In this document: one piece after another, positions 19,918-31,638 of the stretch | Numbering within the stretch: position 1 is the first letter of the stretch | Layout: each line of letters begins with the position of its first letter | Assembly: GCA_963760795.1 (NCBI GenBank) | Contig: CAVXEP010000012.1 | Location: forward strand, 352,001 to 416,000 | DNA length: 64,000 bases | DNA from: an uncultured delta proteobacterium | GTDB lineage: Bacteria > Desulfobacterota > Binatia > UBA9968 | Direction of reading: 5' to 3' | The notes under the pieces: generated by a model | Database searches by the model: none | Told to the model about the DNA's origin: nothing | The model's input: the letters and a program-made list of their open reading frames with translations, nothing else | Made by a program: the position numbers and the translations under genes

Positions 19918-21330
19918 CTAGTCCGCCTTTTTAAACGCTTGGAGATTGATGCCGTGTTTCTTCAGTAGGTCATAGAAATCCGCCCGGTATTTCCCGGCAA
20001 TCTCCGCGGCTTTTGCTGCACTGCCACTGCTGTGCTGGAGCAAGCGGACAAGGTATGCTTTTTCAAAGTCCGCCCGCGCTTCTTTGAGAGATTTGAGCGG
20101 GCCATCCACCGGTAGCAAGTCATATCGGAGAGCGGACTCCTGCGCTCCGATAGCCGTCTGGGCTCTGGTTTCGAATAAAAGCTCTTCGGTGACCACCTCC
20201 CCCTCGGCCATCGTGACGGCGTACTCCAACGTGTTTTCGAGCTCGCGAACATTGCCCGGCCAATCATGCAGCATCAGCTTCTTCATGGCTTGAGGTGTGA
20301 GACTTTTCACATCCTTTTTTGATTGCCGCGCGATTTTCTCCAGCAGATGGCTTACCAGGTGTGGGATATCTTCTTTCCGTTCCCGCAAAGGCGGGAGACG
20401 AACCGGAATAACATGAATCCGGTAGAACAGATCCTCGCGAAATAGCCCCTTTCGTACTTCTTCTTCAAGATCCTTCTTGGTGGCGACAATAACCCTGACA
20501 TCCACTTGAATCGGCTTTTCGCTGCCAATGGGATAAAATTGCCGCTCCTCCAACGCGCGCAGGAGTTTAGGTTGGATCGACATCGGCATATCGCCAATTT
20601 CATCTAATAAAATAGTGCCTTGATGAGCCTGCGCAAAATATCCCTTGGTGCTGCGCACCGCGCCGGTGAACGATCCCTTTTCGTGACCGAACAGCTCGCT
20701 CTCCAGCAATGCTTCAGGGACGGCGGCGCAATTGATCGCCACGAAGGGCTTATTTTTCCTCTCGCTGGCAAGATGAATAGCCTTGGCGATCACCTCCTTG
20801 CCTGTGCCACTTTCGCCTTGAATATGGACCGTAGATTCGGTCTGGGCGATTCGCGAAACCCCCGCCAGCACCTTCTGCATGACGTCGCTCTTGGCTACGA
20901 TATTGGTAAAATCGTATTTTTCCTTGAGCAGTTCCTTAAGCCGCACGTTCTCAGAGACAAGCCGGCGATTTTCCAGCGCTCGGCCGATCTGCAATTGCAG
21001 CTCCGTGGGATCGATGGGCTTGGTGAGATAGCCGTAGGCGCCTCTCTTGATGGCCTCTACGGCGCCTTCGATGCTTCCATAGCCAGTGAGAATAATCACC
21101 GGCAGGGCGGGATTGATCGCATGCAATTCCTCCATAATTGACATGCCGTCTTGGCCGGCAAGCTTCAAGTCAACAATGGAGAGATCAATGCTATCACCGT
21201 TGAGTGCTTCTTTGGCCTCCTCGCCTTTGACGGCCGTTACCACCTCGTATTTGGCTGCTTCGAGCCTGGTGCGAACTAATTCGAGGAGATTGCGGTCGTC
21301 GTCGACGACGAGAATCCTTCCGGTGGACAT
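19918..21330 (-). CDS. Sigma-54-dependent response regulator (NtrC/GlrR-like: REC-AAA+-HTH)
   Basis: [47 protein letters not shown]. Confidence 0.95.
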   Translation of the reverse strand: MSTGRILVVDDDRNLLELVRTRLEAAKYEVVTAVKGEEAKEALNGDSIDLSIVDLKLAGQDGMSIMEELHAINPALPVIILTGYGSIEGAVEAIKRGAYGYLTKPIDPTELQLQIGRALENRRLVSENVRLKELLKEKYDFTNIVAKSDVMQKVLAGVSRIAQTESTVHIQGESGTGKEVIAKAIHLASERKNKPFVAINCAAVPEALLESELFGHEKGSFTGAVRSTKGYFAQAHQGTILLDEIGDMPMSIQPKLLRALEERQFYPIGSEKPIQVDVRVIVATKKDLEEEVRKGLFREDLFYRIHVIPVRLPPLRERKEDIPHLVSHLLEKIARQSKKDVKSLTPQAMKKLMLHDWPGNVRELENTLEYAVTMAEGEVVTEELLFETRAQTAIGAQESALRYDLLPVDGPLKSLKEARADFEKAYLVRLLQHSSGSAAKAAEIAGKYRADFYDLLKKHGINLQAFKKAD

Positions 21331-21615
21331 AACAAACCCTCTGGCAAATCTTCTATCGCTGCAGTCAATGATCTCAATGCCATTTAGTCTCAGCTGATCT
21401 CGTCAAGTTGTCCCGAGCGGCATCTCGCTGTATCGACGGGCCAGCGGTTTCTTACGCATATTCAAGACGTGTCACACCCATGCGATTCCAATCAGGTCAG
21501 TCCCAAGAATGCTGGAGTAGATCGCCTTCTCCTTTTCCGCAGTGGCCTGGAATCGGTCTATTCAACAAACTTCCCGCCAGCGGTGTAGGTTTATGTGACG
21601 TCCCACTTATTTACC

Positions 21616-21632
21616 GGCAAAGGGGATGCCAA
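21616..21632 (-). promoter_or_regulatory. Sigma-54 promoter TTGGCATCCCCTTTGCC
   Basis: Consensus -24/-12 upstream of the activator gene; tandem motif at 21705 and 21725. Confidence 0.72.
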
Positions 21633-21923
21633 CTCGGCAGAATGAATAACCACCCTTAATTTAAAGGAGTGCCGCTATGATTTACCATTCACCGAGTTTC
21701 GATATGAAGGGATTTTCCTCCATCGGAGGAATTTTACTGACAATCGATGCGGCGAAGATGCAAGCGGGGAAATCGCGAAGAGACGGCTCAAGCTGGATAC
21801 TTTCCCGCCTAGCGGCGCGTCCTCGTCCAATAGGGGACCGAAAAGAATGTTAACTTCGAGCACCGCGCAATGCGCCGCACCTAACGTTATTTGAATGAGT
21901 TTCACCAGCGGGAGGGTGTAAGA

Positions 21924-23489
21924 TTAAGACGGTTCTTGTTCAGTTGCTTTTTTTTCCGTGGACTGCTGATTCAACGGCAAATGAATGGTAAAGGTAGTGC
22001 CCTGTCCAGGCTGGCTTTCCACCTCAATCCGCCCGCCGTGAGATTTTACAATCCTCTCGCATATCGGCAGACCCAATCCCATGCCACGCCACTTCCTAGC
22101 GGTGAAAAAAGGCTGAAAGATCTTGGGCAGAGTGTCCGCGTCAATGCCAAACCCGGTATCCGCCACCGCGACGGTCATCTGACCGGACGAATTTTGCTTT
22201 GCTCTCAGGGTTAACTTCCCACCTGCTGGCATGGCATCCATCGCATTGAGCGACAAATTCACCAGCACCTGCTGCAACTGCTGCGGGTCGGCATAGATTC
22301 GCGGCAGTTCCGGCGCGATTTCCTGGACGGCTTGGACGTCTTGCTTGTACAGCCGGGTCGAGATCATTTCCAACGTTTTGCTAATCGTCTCTTGGACATC
22401 GATCAATATGAAATCCGTGCTTTTGGGCCGGCCGAATTCCAAAAGGTCCCGGACCATTTTTTCACAGCGCTTGGTCTCTTCAGAGATGATCTGTATGGGA
22501 CGATAGCTCGGATCGGCGGGGTCCATGTCGGCTAAAAGACCTTGAGCAAAACCAAGGATAATTCCCAGCGGGTTATTGAACTCATGGGCCATCGAAGCCG
22601 ATAGCTCGCCGACCGAGACAAGGCGGCCCGAGGCGATCAGTTGCTCCTCCAGTTCTTGGGCTTGTTTACGCAGCTTCTGCTCGCTTTCCCGCAGCGCTTC
22701 CTCCGTCCGTTTGCGATTCGTGATATCGATAATCGACACGAGGACGAAAGTTACGTCATTGATTTGGATTGGGTTAAGGCCGATCTCGACAGACACTTCT
22801 GATCCGTCCTTGCGCATGCCAAACAGATCACGGCCCGCTCCCATAGGGCGAGACTTCGGAGAGAGAAAAAACCCGGCCCGGAAGTCAGCGTGTTTGCCGC
22901 GAAAGCGCGCCGGCACGAGCGCGTCAATCGACTGCTGGAGCAACTCCTCTCGTGGGTACCCGAAAAGGCTCTCGGCGTGGGCATTGGTTAAGACGATTCG
23001 CCCATCCTTGCCGACCATAATCATCGCGTTTGGAGAAGCCTCAACCGCCAGGCGAAAGCGCGCCTCGCTTTGCTCTAGCGCTTGCTGCTTTATCCGCTCA
23101 TTCATGTGGAATAGGTCCACGAACGCAGCGACCTTGGCTTTCACCACTTCCGGAACCACCGGCTTGAAAAGGTAATCGACCGCCCCGCTGGCCGCCCCTC
23201 GATGCACATCTGAATCCAAGGTATCCACCGCGGAGAGAAAAATGATCGGCAGATGGCGCAATCGCTCGCGTTGTCGTATCAGCGCGGCGATCTCAAATCC
23301 GTCCATCTCCGGCATGCGCACGTCGAGCAGGATCACGGCGAATTCCCGCCGCATGAGTTCGCGCAGCGCGTCCGCGCCCGAGCGCGCCTTTACGACATTG
23401 CGCCCCGGCCCGGCGAGCAGGGCCTCCATGGCGAGCAGGCTCCTGTCGTCGTCGTCAACGACCAGAATGTTCGCCGTGGATTGAATCAT
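21924..23489 (-). CDS. Hybrid REC-PAS histidine kinase
   Basis: ILVVDDD..LLDVRMPEMDG, one PAS domain, AHEFNNPL, GMGLGL. Confidence 0.92.
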   Translation of the reverse strand: MIQSTANILVVDDDDRSLLAMEALLAGPGRNVVKARSGADALRELMRREFAVILLDVRMPEMDGFEIAALIRQRERLRHLPIIFLSAVDTLDSDVHRGAASGAVDYLFKPVVPEVVKAKVAAFVDLFHMNERIKQQALEQSEARFRLAVEASPNAMIMVGKDGRIVLTNAHAESLFGYPREELLQQSIDALVPARFRGKHADFRAGFFLSPKSRPMGAGRDLFGMRKDGSEVSVEIGLNPIQINDVTFVLVSIIDITNRKRTEEALRESEQKLRKQAQELEEQLIASGRLVSVGELSASMAHEFNNPLGIILGFAQGLLADMDPADPSYRPIQIISEETKRCEKMVRDLLEFGRPKSTDFILIDVQETISKTLEMISTRLYKQDVQAVQEIAPELPRIYADPQQLQQVLVNLSLNAMDAMPAGGKLTLRAKQNSSGQMTVAVADTGFGIDADTLPKIFQPFFTARKWRGMGLGLPICERIVKSHGGRIEVESQPGQGTTFTIHLPLNQQSTEKKATEQEPS

Positions 23490-26400
23490 AACGTCCTCCC
23501 CGTCGCGAGCTTTGCTTGCCAAATAACCAGATGCGCAGCAGTCCGATCAGCTCCTCGCCGTTAACCGGTTTGGCGATATAATCGGACGCACCGGCTTCCA
23601 GACACTTCTCTCGGTCGCCTTTCATCGCCTTTGCGGTAAGCGCGAGAATGGGCAGTAGCTTGTGTCTGGGGTTTTGCCGGATGCGGCGCGTGGTTTCGTA
23701 GCCGTCCATTTCCGGCATCATGATGTCCAACAGCACCGCGTCGATCTCCTCGTCTTCATCGAGTAGCGAAATCGCCTCACGACCGGTCTCGGAGTTTGCC
23801 ACCCGCAGCCCGTGCTGCTCGAGCAGACTGGTCAAAGCGAAGATGTTGCGCACGTCGTCGTCGACAACGAGTACCTTCCTGCCATTCAGCGCATCGTCGG
23901 TCCGGTGCAAGCGTTCGAGCATTTGCTGCTTGGCCGGCGGCAGTTCGGCGGCGACGGTGTGGAGGAAAAGCGTGGTCTCGTCGAGCAACCGCTCGGGAGA
24001 TTCGACGCCCTTGAGGACCACGCTCTCAGCCAACCGGATCAGCTTAAGCTCATCCGCCGCGCTCAGTTCCTTGCCGGTAAATACGACGATTGGGAGCTCG
24101 CGCAGCTCGGGCTTTTGCCGGATGCGTTCCAATAACTCGAAACCGGAGACATCCGGCAACCGAAGATCAAGGACAACGCAATCGAACTTCTGTGCGTCTA
24201 GGGCGGCCCACGTCTCGCCACCGCTTGCCGCCGCGACAATCTCAACACCGTTATGACTTAACAGCTCGATGATGCTCTTGCGTTCGATCTCATTGTCTTC
24301 GACTATTAATAATCTTCTCTGCCGCTCTTGTGCATAACGGATCACCCGCTCCAGAGCGTTTTTGAGCTCGTTCGAAGTCGCGGGCTTGATCAAATAAGAA
24401 AACGCACCACGTCCAAGCCCTTGGAGTCGTTCTTCTTCCACGCTGACGACTTGAACCGGTATATGACGAGTAGCGGGATCTTGCTTCAAGTGATTCAATA
24501 CCGTCCACCCCAGCATGTCAGGCAAAAAGATATCAAGCACGATCGCCTGGGGCTTGAACTCGTGGGTAAGGGAGCGGACGTGAGCGCCCCGGGCCGTCAC
24601 GACTCCTTTGAAGCCGCGATCGCGCACCAGCCCCAACAAAACGCCGGCGAAATGGGGGTCATCCTCGACGATTAGAACCACGGGATCGCCCGACTGCACG
24701 GAGTCTCGGTCGTCGGCGACCTCTTCCGCTTTGGTTGCTTGCTGGACGATCAGCGGCGCCGGACTGACCGCTGTGCGTCTCGCGTCGACTGTCGTAAGTC
24801 CGTAGCTTTGCGGTAAGTACAGCGTGAAGGTGCTGCCACGCCCGGGCGCGCTAATGAGGCGTATCTCTCCGCCGAGCAGCATCGCCAATTCGCGGCTGAT
24901 CGCAAGGCCGAGTCCGGTCCCACCGTAACGCCGGCTAGTGCTCGCATCAGCCTGGTGAAAAGCTTCGAAGATGATCTTCTGTTTGTCCTGCGCAATGCCG
25001 ATGCCGGTGTCTGTGACCTCAAAGGCGATCACCTTGTCAGCGTTTGCCAGCGGCTGATGATCGAGACTGAAGCCGCTGGCAGCGACTTTCATAGTAAACC
25101 TGACGCTCCCCTGGGAGGTGAACTTAAATGCGTTGGACAGTAAGTTCTTCAAAACCTGCTGCAAGCGCTTCAGATCCGTGGTTAGCGCGCGTGGCAGTTC
25201 GCCGTCCATATCTATATGAAACGCCAGGTGGCGTGCCTCGGCGACGTGGCGGAAGCTTCGTTCCACGGCTTCGCGCAGCTTGGCGAACGATACTTCTTCC
25301 GGCTCGACCGTGACCGTGCCCGATTCGATCTTGGAGAGATCGAGGATGTCAGTGATCAGGTTCAGAAGTTCGGTGCCGGCGTCGTGAATATTCTTGGAAA
25401 ACTCGACCTGCTTGGGATCCAGGTTGCGAGCGGGATTGTCGGCCAACTGCTGCGCCAGGATCAAGATACTGTTGAGCGGCGTGCGCAGCTCATGGGACAT
25501 ATTGGCGAGAAATTCAGATTTGTATTTGGATGTGAGCGCCAGCTCGGCGGCCTTTTCCTCCAGGGCGCCGCGCGCCTGTTCGATTTCTTGGTTTTTACGC
25601 TCAACCTCGGCGTTTTGCTCAGCCAGTTGTTTGGCCTTGTTGCCAAGTTCCTGATTGGTTTGCTGCAATTCTGTCTGTTGCGACTGTAACTCTCTGGCAA
25701 GTTCCTGCGACTGTTGGAGCAAACCTTCGGTGCGCATGGTCGCCTCGATGGTGTTGAGCACGATGCCGATGCTTTCAGTGAGTTGAGCGAGAAAGGCTTG
25801 GTGCGTCGAGGTAAACTCTTTGACCGAAGCCAGCTCGATAACGGCTTTGGTCTCGCCCTCAAAGAGCACCGGGAACACGATCAAGTTACGCGCCCAGGTG
25901 TCGCCCAGGGCTGAGCCGATCCGGATGTAATCTTCAGGCACATCGTCGAGCAGGATGCGCCGTTTTTCCAGCGCGCATTGGCCGACCAGACCAGCACCCA
26001 CAGCGAGACGGTCCGGCACACTCCGGCTACCAAGCCCGGCATAGCTTGAGAGAACGTGAAGGCAGGAGGCACCATCGTTGGTATTCATCTGATAGATGGC
26101 GCCGTACTGGGCATTCACCAGCGGCGCCATCTCCGAGAGCAGCATCTGTCCAACCGCGGTAAGATCGCGCTGGCCCTGGAGCATGCTAGTGAACCTGGCG
26201 AGGTTGGTCTTGAGCCAATCCTGCTCTCTATTCTCGTCCGTGGTGACACGCAGGTTTTGAATCATCGCATTAATGTTGTCTTTAAGCTCTGCTACCTCGC
26301 CACGCACGTCCACTTGAACCGCACGGGTGAGATCGCCCTTGGTGACCGCGGTGGCAACATCCGCGATGGCGCGCACCTGGGTGGTCAAGTTTGCCGCCAG

Positions 26401-28920
26401 CAGGTTGACGTTGTCGGTCAAATCTTTCCAGATGCCCGCCGCGCCCGGGACGTTGGCTTGCCCGCCCAGACGGCCCTCCACGCCAACTTCTCTGGCCACC
26501 GTGGTTACTTGCTCGGCGAAGATCGCCAGAGTGTTCGTCATGTTGTTGATGGTTTCCGCCAGTGCCGCGACCTCGCCCTTGGCCTCGACCGTGAGCTTTT
26601 CCCGCAGGCTGCCGTTGGCAACCGCGGTGACAACCTTGACGATGCCACGCACCTGCGCGGTTAGATTGGCCGCCATATCGTTGACGTTGTCCGTCAGATC
26701 CTTCCACGTGCCAGCGACGCCGGGGACCTGCGCCTGACCGCCGAGTTTTCCTTCGGTGCCAACCTCGCGCGCCACCCGGGTGACTTCCGCGGCGAAACTT
26801 CTCAGCTGGTCAACCATTGTATTGATGGCATCTTTGAGCTGGAGAATCTCGCCTTTGACGTCCACGGCGATCTTCTTCGATAAGTCGCCATTGGCCACCG
26901 CAATCGTCACCTCGGCGATATTACGCACCTGAGCGGTTAAATTACCCGCCATGAAATTCACGCTGTCGGTCAGATCCTTCCAAGTGCCGGCCACCCCCGG
27001 CACCACCGCTTGGCCGCCGAGCTTGCCATCGGTGCCGACCTCGCGCGCCACCCGAGTGACTTCTGCGGCGAAGCCGTTGAGCTGATCGACCATCGTGTTG
27101 ATGGCTTCCTTGAATTGTGAAATTTCACCGCGCACATCGACGGTGATCTTTTTCGAAAGATCGCCGTTGGCCACGGCGATGGTTACGTCGGCGATGTTTC
27201 TAACTTGCGCCGTTAAATTGCCGGCCATTAAGTTGACGTTGTCGGTCAAATCCTTCCATGTGCCGGCTACCCCCGGCACCACCGCTTGGCCACCGAGCTT
27301 GCCCTCAGTGCCAACCTCGCGCGCCACCCGCGTGACTTCCGCGGCGAAGCCGTTGAGCTGATCGACCATCGTGTTAATGGCTTCCTTGAGCTGGAGAATT
27401 TCGCCTTTGACATCGACGGTGATTTTCTTGGAAAGGTCGCCGTTGGCGACGGCGATCGTGACATCGGCGATGTTTCTCACCTGGCCGGTCAAATTGCCGG
27501 CCATCGCGTTGACGCTGTCGGTTAAATCCTTCCATGTGCCGGCAACGCCGGGGACTTGCGCTTGGCCGCCGAGCTTGCCATCAGTGCCAACCTCGCGCGC
27601 CACCCGGGTGACTTCTGCGGCGAAGCCGTTGAGCTGGTCGACCATCGTGTTGATGGCTTCCTTGAGGAGTAGTATTTCCCCACGCACGTCGACGGTAATC
27701 TTCTTTGATAAATCGCCGTTGGCGACAGCGATCGTGACATCAGCGATGTTTCTCACTTGGCCGGTCAAGTTACCGGCCATGATGTTGACGCTTTCCGTCA
27801 GATCCTTCCACACACCGCTGACATCGCGGACCTGCGCCTGACCGCCAAGCTTTCCTTCGGTACCAACCTCGCGCGCCACCCGGGTGACTTCCGCGGCGAA
27901 ACTTCTCAGCTGGTCAACCATTGTATTGATGGTATCTTTGAGCTGGAGAATCTCGCCTTTGACGTCCACGGCGATCTTCTTCGATAAGTCGCCATTGGCC
28001 ACCGCAATCGTCACCTCCGCGATATTACGCACCTGAGCGGTTAAATTACCCGCCATGAAATTCACGCTGTCGGTCAGATCCTTCCAAGTGCCGGCCACCC
28101 CAGGCACTACCGCTTGGCCGCCGAGCTTGCCGTCGGTCCCGACCTCGCGCGCCACCCGGGTGACTTCTGCGGCGAAACTTCTCAGCTGGTCAACCATTGT
28201 ATTGATGGTATCTTTGAGCTGGAGAATCTCGCCTTTGACGTCCACGGCGATCTTCTTCGATAAGTCGCCATTGGCCACCGCAATCGTCACCTCCGCGATA
28301 TTACGCACCTGAGCGGTTAAATTACCCGCCATGAAATTCACGCTGTCGGTCAGATCCTTCCAAGTGCCGGCCACCCCCGGCACCACCGCTTGGCCGCCGA
28401 GCTTGCCGTCGGTGCCGACCTCGCGCGCCACCCGGGTGACTTCTGCGGCGAAGTTGTCGAGCTGGTCGACCATGGCGTTGACCATCTTGGCGACGTGCAA
28501 AAACTCGCCGCGCAACGGTTGACCCTCGGCCTCCAGAGCCATGGTTTGGTTAAGATCGCCTTTGACCACCGAGCCGATGACGCGCGCCATCTCCGTGGTC
28601 GGTCGGACCAGACTATCGATTAGCTCGTTAATTGCATTGACCTGAATCTTCCACGCGCCTGCGGCCGCGGGAAGGGCCGCCCGTTGGGAAATCTTCCCCT
28701 CTTTGCCGACAACCCGGTTGACGCGCTCGAATTGCTTGGTGCTCTCGGCCATCATATCGATGATGTCATTGACGGTATCGGCGATCTTCCCGTCGATACC
28801 GGTCCACCCATAGGAGAGGCGAGTCGAGAAATCGCCTTTTTTGACCGACATAAGCACGCTGAGTAGCTGTTTGCTATCCAGCTTGTCACCATAGGCCGCA
28901 GGCGATTTCTTGGTTGGCAT
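23455..28920 (-). CDS. Poly-HAMP hybrid histidine kinase (HAMP array, GAF, HisKA, HATPase, three REC); OsaA/Nik1-like architecture
   Basis: Eight conserved 92-aa '[18 protein letters not shown]' repeats, [22 protein letters not shown], three receiver domains. Confidence 0.95.
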   Translation of the reverse strand: MPTKKSPAAYGDKLDSKQLLSVLMSVKKGDFSTRLSYGWTGIDGKIADTVNDIIDMMAESTKQFERVNRVVGKEGKISQRAALPAAAGAWKIQVNAINELIDSLVRPTTEMARVIGSVVKGDLNQTMALEAEGQPLRGEFLHVAKMVNAMVDQLDNFAAEVTRVAREVGTDGKLGGQAVVPGVAGTWKDLTDSVNFMAGNLTAQVRNIAEVTIAVANGDLSKKIAVDVKGEILQLKDTINTMVDQLRSFAAEVTRVAREVGTDGKLGGQAVVPGVAGTWKDLTDSVNFMAGNLTAQVRNIAEVTIAVANGDLSKKIAVDVKGEILQLKDTINTMVDQLRSFAAEVTRVAREVGTEGKLGGQAQVRDVSGVWKDLTESVNIMAGNLTGQVRNIADVTIAVANGDLSKKITVDVRGEILLLKEAINTMVDQLNGFAAEVTRVAREVGTDGKLGGQAQVPGVAGTWKDLTDSVNAMAGNLTGQVRNIADVTIAVANGDLSKKITVDVKGEILQLKEAINTMVDQLNGFAAEVTRVAREVGTEGKLGGQAVVPGVAGTWKDLTDNVNLMAGNLTAQVRNIADVTIAVANGDLSKKITVDVRGEISQFKEAINTMVDQLNGFAAEVTRVAREVGTDGKLGGQAVVPGVAGTWKDLTDSVNFMAGNLTAQVRNIAEVTIAVANGDLSKKIAVDVKGEILQLKDAINTMVDQLRSFAAEVTRVAREVGTEGKLGGQAQVPGVAGTWKDLTDNVNDMAANLTAQVRGIVKVVTAVANGSLREKLTVEAKGEVAALAETINNMTNTLAIFAEQVTTVAREVGVEGRLGGQANVPGAAGIWKDLTDNVNLLAANLTTQVRAIADVATAVTKGDLTRAVQVDVRGEVAELKDNINAMIQNLRVTTDENREQDWLKTNLARFTSMLQGQRDLTAVGQMLLSEMAPLVNAQYGAIYQMNTNDGASCLHVLSSYAGLGSRSVPDRLAVGAGLVGQCALEKRRILLDDVPEDYIRIGSALGDTWARNLIVFPVLFEGETKAVIELASVKEFTSTHQAFLAQLTESIGIVLNTIEATMRTEGLLQQSQELARELQSQQTELQQTNQELGNKAKQLAEQNAEVERKNQEIEQARGALEEKAAELALTSKYKSEFLANMSHELRTPLNSILILAQQLADNPARNLDPKQVEFSKNIHDAGTELLNLITDILDLSKIESGTVTVEPEEVSFAKLREAVERSFRHVAEARHLAFHIDMDGELPRALTTDLKRLQQVLKNLLSNAFKFTSQGSVRFTMKVAASGFSLDHQPLANADKVIAFEVTDTGIGIAQDKQKIIFEAFHQADASTSRRYGGTGLGLAISRELAMLLGGEIRLISAPGRGSTFTLYLPQSYGLTTVDARRTAVSPAPLIVQQATKAEEVADDRDSVQSGDPVVLIVEDDPHFAGVLLGLVRDRGFKGVVTARGAHVRSLTHEFKPQAIVLDIFLPDMLGWTVLNHLKQDPATRHIPVQVVSVEEERLQGLGRGAFSYLIKPATSNELKNALERVIRYAQERQRRLLIVEDNEIERKSIIELLSHNGVEIVAAASGGETWAALDAQKFDCVVLDLRLPDVSGFELLERIRQKPELRELPIVVFTGKELSAADELKLIRLAESVVLKGVESPERLLDETTLFLHTVAAELPPAKQQMLERLHRTDDALNGRKVLVVDDDVRNIFALTSLLEQHGLRVANSETGREAISLLDEDEEIDAVLLDIMMPEMDGYETTRRIRQNPRHKLLPILALTAKAMKGDREKCLEAGASDYIAKPVNGEELIGLLRIWLFGKQSSRRGGRYDSIHGEHSGR
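26300..28500. repeat. Intragenic 276-bp tandem repeats encoding HAMP pairs
   Basis: Units starting near 26765, 27869 and 28145 are nearly identical at DNA level. Confidence 0.9.
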
Positions 28921-29137
28921 TAACTTCCTCCTGCGGGTCTCTCAGCGGTCCCCGATTGTTCGCGCTAATTGACGTCGATTCAGTCGCGCCGTGGCGGTCG
29001 AAAAGATCAACCTGGGCACAAGCCGAAACAACCGTGTGTGATCTGTGTCCTCGGTGCGCCAATAGGACGCGAGTTCAGAGCACGCCAACAAAATTTTCGC
29101 GTTCTTCACCTTTTCTGCGCTTGGTTGGTAAAAAACA

Positions 29138-29154
29138 AGCAGAAATCATTCCAT
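29138..29154 (-). promoter_or_regulatory. Sigma-54 promoter ATGGAATGATTTCTGCT
   Basis: GG-N10-GC upstream of the poly-HAMP kinase; tandem motif at 29226 and 29246. Confidence 0.65.
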
Positions 29155-29504
29155 TTCTGGCTCGTTGGGAAGGTGTGGATTTCAAATGGATTTTGTTTGA
29201 TGACGATGGGCTCAATACTTGAATGATAGGTGTTTTTCCTTCTTTGAAGGTGATTTTCCTACAAAAACAGTTTCAGAGATGCGAGCCTCATTGGCTTTTC
29301 GTTTTTGCAATGAAGAATCCCGCCGCAAGTATTGGAGTATCAAATCGACCGATTAAACAATGCAGCAGGTTACGGGGAATTACCCGACAGAGATTAAAAC
29401 CTCCGCGCACGATTCCCCGTCATGCAGTTCGTTTAGGTCCTTCGCGATGAATAGACATGCCAACCCTGATTTCGCCCGGAGAATCTGTCGAGGCAGCCTC
29501 GAAG

Positions 29505-29855
29505 CTATGACATTGTCTGGCGCGGGAATTCAGTCGTTGAAGAAACCGTGGAGTTAAGTTGCGCCTTTTCCGTTTCTAGTTCGTGGACCCGCTGTTCCAG
29601 ATCGGCTACCCTATGTTTGGTTTTTTTCATCGCGCGATCTTTTCCATAGATGGTCAGCGTCGAAGAAACCGACCTGGCAAAATAGAGAATTCCTGCCATG
29701 AAGAGTCCAACCAACACCGACCCGACGATAACCAGGTACAAGGGGACATCATTCCAGACATATTCATTGAGCCGGATCGTAACCGGGCTAATGTTTTGCA
29801 TTCCAAAGTAAGCGATCGCGATCCCGGAAATCACCGCAACAAGTAATACCAACAT
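29505..29855 (-). CDS. LapA (DUF1049) family membrane protein
   Basis: 'FGMQNISPVTI..VPLYLVI.GS.L.G' plus a C-terminal coiled coil; GAGGAGG RBS. Confidence 0.8.
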   Translation of the reverse strand: MLVLLVAVISGIAIAYFGMQNISPVTIRLNEYVWNDVPLYLVIVGSVLVGLFMAGILYFARSVSSTLTIYGKDRAMKKTKHRVADLEQRVHELETEKAQLNSTVSSTTEFPRQTMS

Positions 29856-29954
29856 ATGTTTATCCTCCTCTGTCTTGCGCCAACCGAACTCTCAGCTTGA
29901 ATCACCAGAGTACTCCATCGATATTCATCCTGCGCTCCGTTCGGCGAGAGTCTT

Positions 29955-30359
29955 TCAGAGTTCGTGAATGGTATTCAGCAGCTCCTGCAGATCTACGGGT
30001 TTGGTTAAGTAAGCAAAGGCGCCTTTGCCGAACGCTTGGCTTCGGGTTTCACTGGTCGGATAGGCTGTCATCATGATGACGGTCATTTCCGGCCGGCGCT
30101 GCTTTATTTCACCCAGAAGCGATAGTCCACTCACCGGACCCATTCTGATATCAAGCAACGCCAAGTCGGGAGAGGTTTTTTCGACAAGCTGCAACGCTTC
30201 GTCGCCGTTCAGGGCCGTTTGCACCTCGTACCCCCTCTTGGACAAAAACCAATCCAAAAGATTCACGAAGTTTTGCTCATCATCAACAACCAACACAGAT
30301 TTGACCATCGTTTTTTCCGTACTTACGGCGGTCCATAAGTTTTCCATAACCCCACCCAT
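29955..30359 (-). CDS. Single-domain response regulator
   Basis: VLVVDDE, LLDIRM, MMTAY, KPV. Start uncertain. Confidence 0.88.
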   Translation of the reverse strand: MGGVMENLWTAVSTEKTMVKSVLVVDDEQNFVNLLDWFLSKRGYEVQTALNGDEALQLVEKTSPDLALLDIRMGPVSGLSLLGEIKQRRPEMTVIMMTAYPTSETRSQAFGKGAFAYLTKPVDLQELLNTIHEL

Positions 30360-30420
30360 CCTAGAAGCGCAAATCGCCTCCTCTTCTCAGCGCTACGCTC
30401 CTTTTACTGAAGCAGACTTA

Positions 30421-30437
30421 AGCAGAAAGCATTCCAA
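30421..30437 (-). promoter_or_regulatory. Sigma-54 promoter TTGGAATGCTTTCTGCT
   Basis: GG-N10-GC; tandem motif at 30510 and 30530; IHF-like AT tract in between. Confidence 0.65.
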
Positions 30438-30901
30438 CCTTCGAGTTTCTTAAACGTTATTGAATTTAAGGGGTTTTCTCACCACTTATCGTTAAAGCGA
30501 ATTTATTAAGAAGTCGTTTCCCCTATTGTGAAAGAATTTTCCAGACAACGTGATGCGTTAAATAAGCTTTCCTGGGCAGGTATTTGATTCTCCCTAAACG
30601 CACGGCGAGGTTTGCTGATGCGTCAGCTGAAACAGATACCGCATGGAACTTCCCTTTCAGTCGAAAGACGCGCAAGAAATCCGCTGCGAATGCGGAATCG
30701 ATCGCAACAGTTGCCAAGCACGGCTTGCAAGAGTCGGTTAGCCGATCATTTCATTGTCGTATCCCTGGATAGCGCTGAAATCGCGAGGACAGCGGAAAAT
30801 CCCGCTCCTGTCGGTATGAAAAACTCTTTCACGATTTCGCCCCACCCACACCGTTAATTACAAAAATGCTTTAAGTTCAGGCTCATCCAGCCATGCGGCT
30901 G

Positions 30902-30918
30902 TTGGCATCTCGCTTGCT
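30902..30918 (+). promoter_or_regulatory. Sigma-54 promoter TTGGCATCTCGCTTGCT
   Basis: Consensus -24/-12, 64 bp upstream of the MlaC-like gene. Confidence 0.75.
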
Positions 30919-30981
30919 CACCTGACCGGGCGAAGATGAACAATCGGTTTAAACTTTGTTATTAGCTGAGGAGACGCACAA

Positions 30982-31596
30982 ATGAAGTCCTATTCCACGC
31001 ACAAACGCTGGCTGTTTTTAGTTGGAGTCATCTATCTGTTCATCGCTCTACCGCTAAGCGCCGGAGTGCCGAGCGATCAGACGCGGGCCACCATCGAAAA
31101 GGTTCTGTCGATTCTCAAAGACCCAGCCGCTAAATCAGAGCGACGCGAACGATTGCGACAAGTCATCTACCCAAGTTTCGACTTTGCCGAAATGGCCAAA
31201 CGTTCTCTCGGAACCCACTGGCAACGGCGCAACCCGGCTGAACAGCAGGAATTCGTCAAGCTCTTCACGGATCTTGTCGAATCATCCTATGTCGACGCGA
31301 TCGAGTCCTATAATGGTGAAAAAGTTGTGGTCTCAAATGAGAAGCAGGACAAAGAATTCGCGGAAGTAAATACCAAGATCGTGACAAAAAAAGGCGAAGA
31401 ATTTGCCATCGATTATAAACTTCACCAGATCAGCGGCAGCTGGAAAATTTACGACGCCGTGATTGAAAATGTCAGCCTGGTCAACAACTACCGTTCCCAA
31501 TTCAACCGCGTTATCGCTAAGTCTTCCTACGAAGATCTCTTGAGTAAAATGAAAGATAAGCAGTTCGAAACACCGGGGAAAAAGGTAAAAACATAA
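30982..31596 (+). CDS. MlaC/Ttg2D family phospholipid-binding periplasmic protein
   Basis: FDFAEMAKRSLG.HW, WKIYDAVIENVSLVNNYRSQF. Confidence 0.9.
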   Translation: MKSYSTHKRWLFLVGVIYLFIALPLSAGVPSDQTRATIEKVLSILKDPAAKSERRERLRQVIYPSFDFAEMAKRSLGTHWQRRNPAEQQEFVKLFTDLVESSYVDAIESYNGEKVVVSNEKQDKEFAEVNTKIVTKKGEEFAIDYKLHQISGSWKIYDAVIENVSLVNNYRSQFNRVIAKSSYEDLLSKMKDKQFETPGKKVKT

Positions 31597-31638
31597 ATCC
31601 GCGCATTGATTCTGTAAACCGAATAAGGAGGTTGTCTT

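Noticed and set aside
26300-28500. CRISPR or other non-coding repeat array
   Set aside because: The repeats are in-frame 276-bp HAMP-coding units with no spacers or cas genes.
29447-29463. Additional sigma-54 promoter TTGGCATGTCTATTCA
   Set aside because: It lacks the -12 GC, and a better site exists at 29138.
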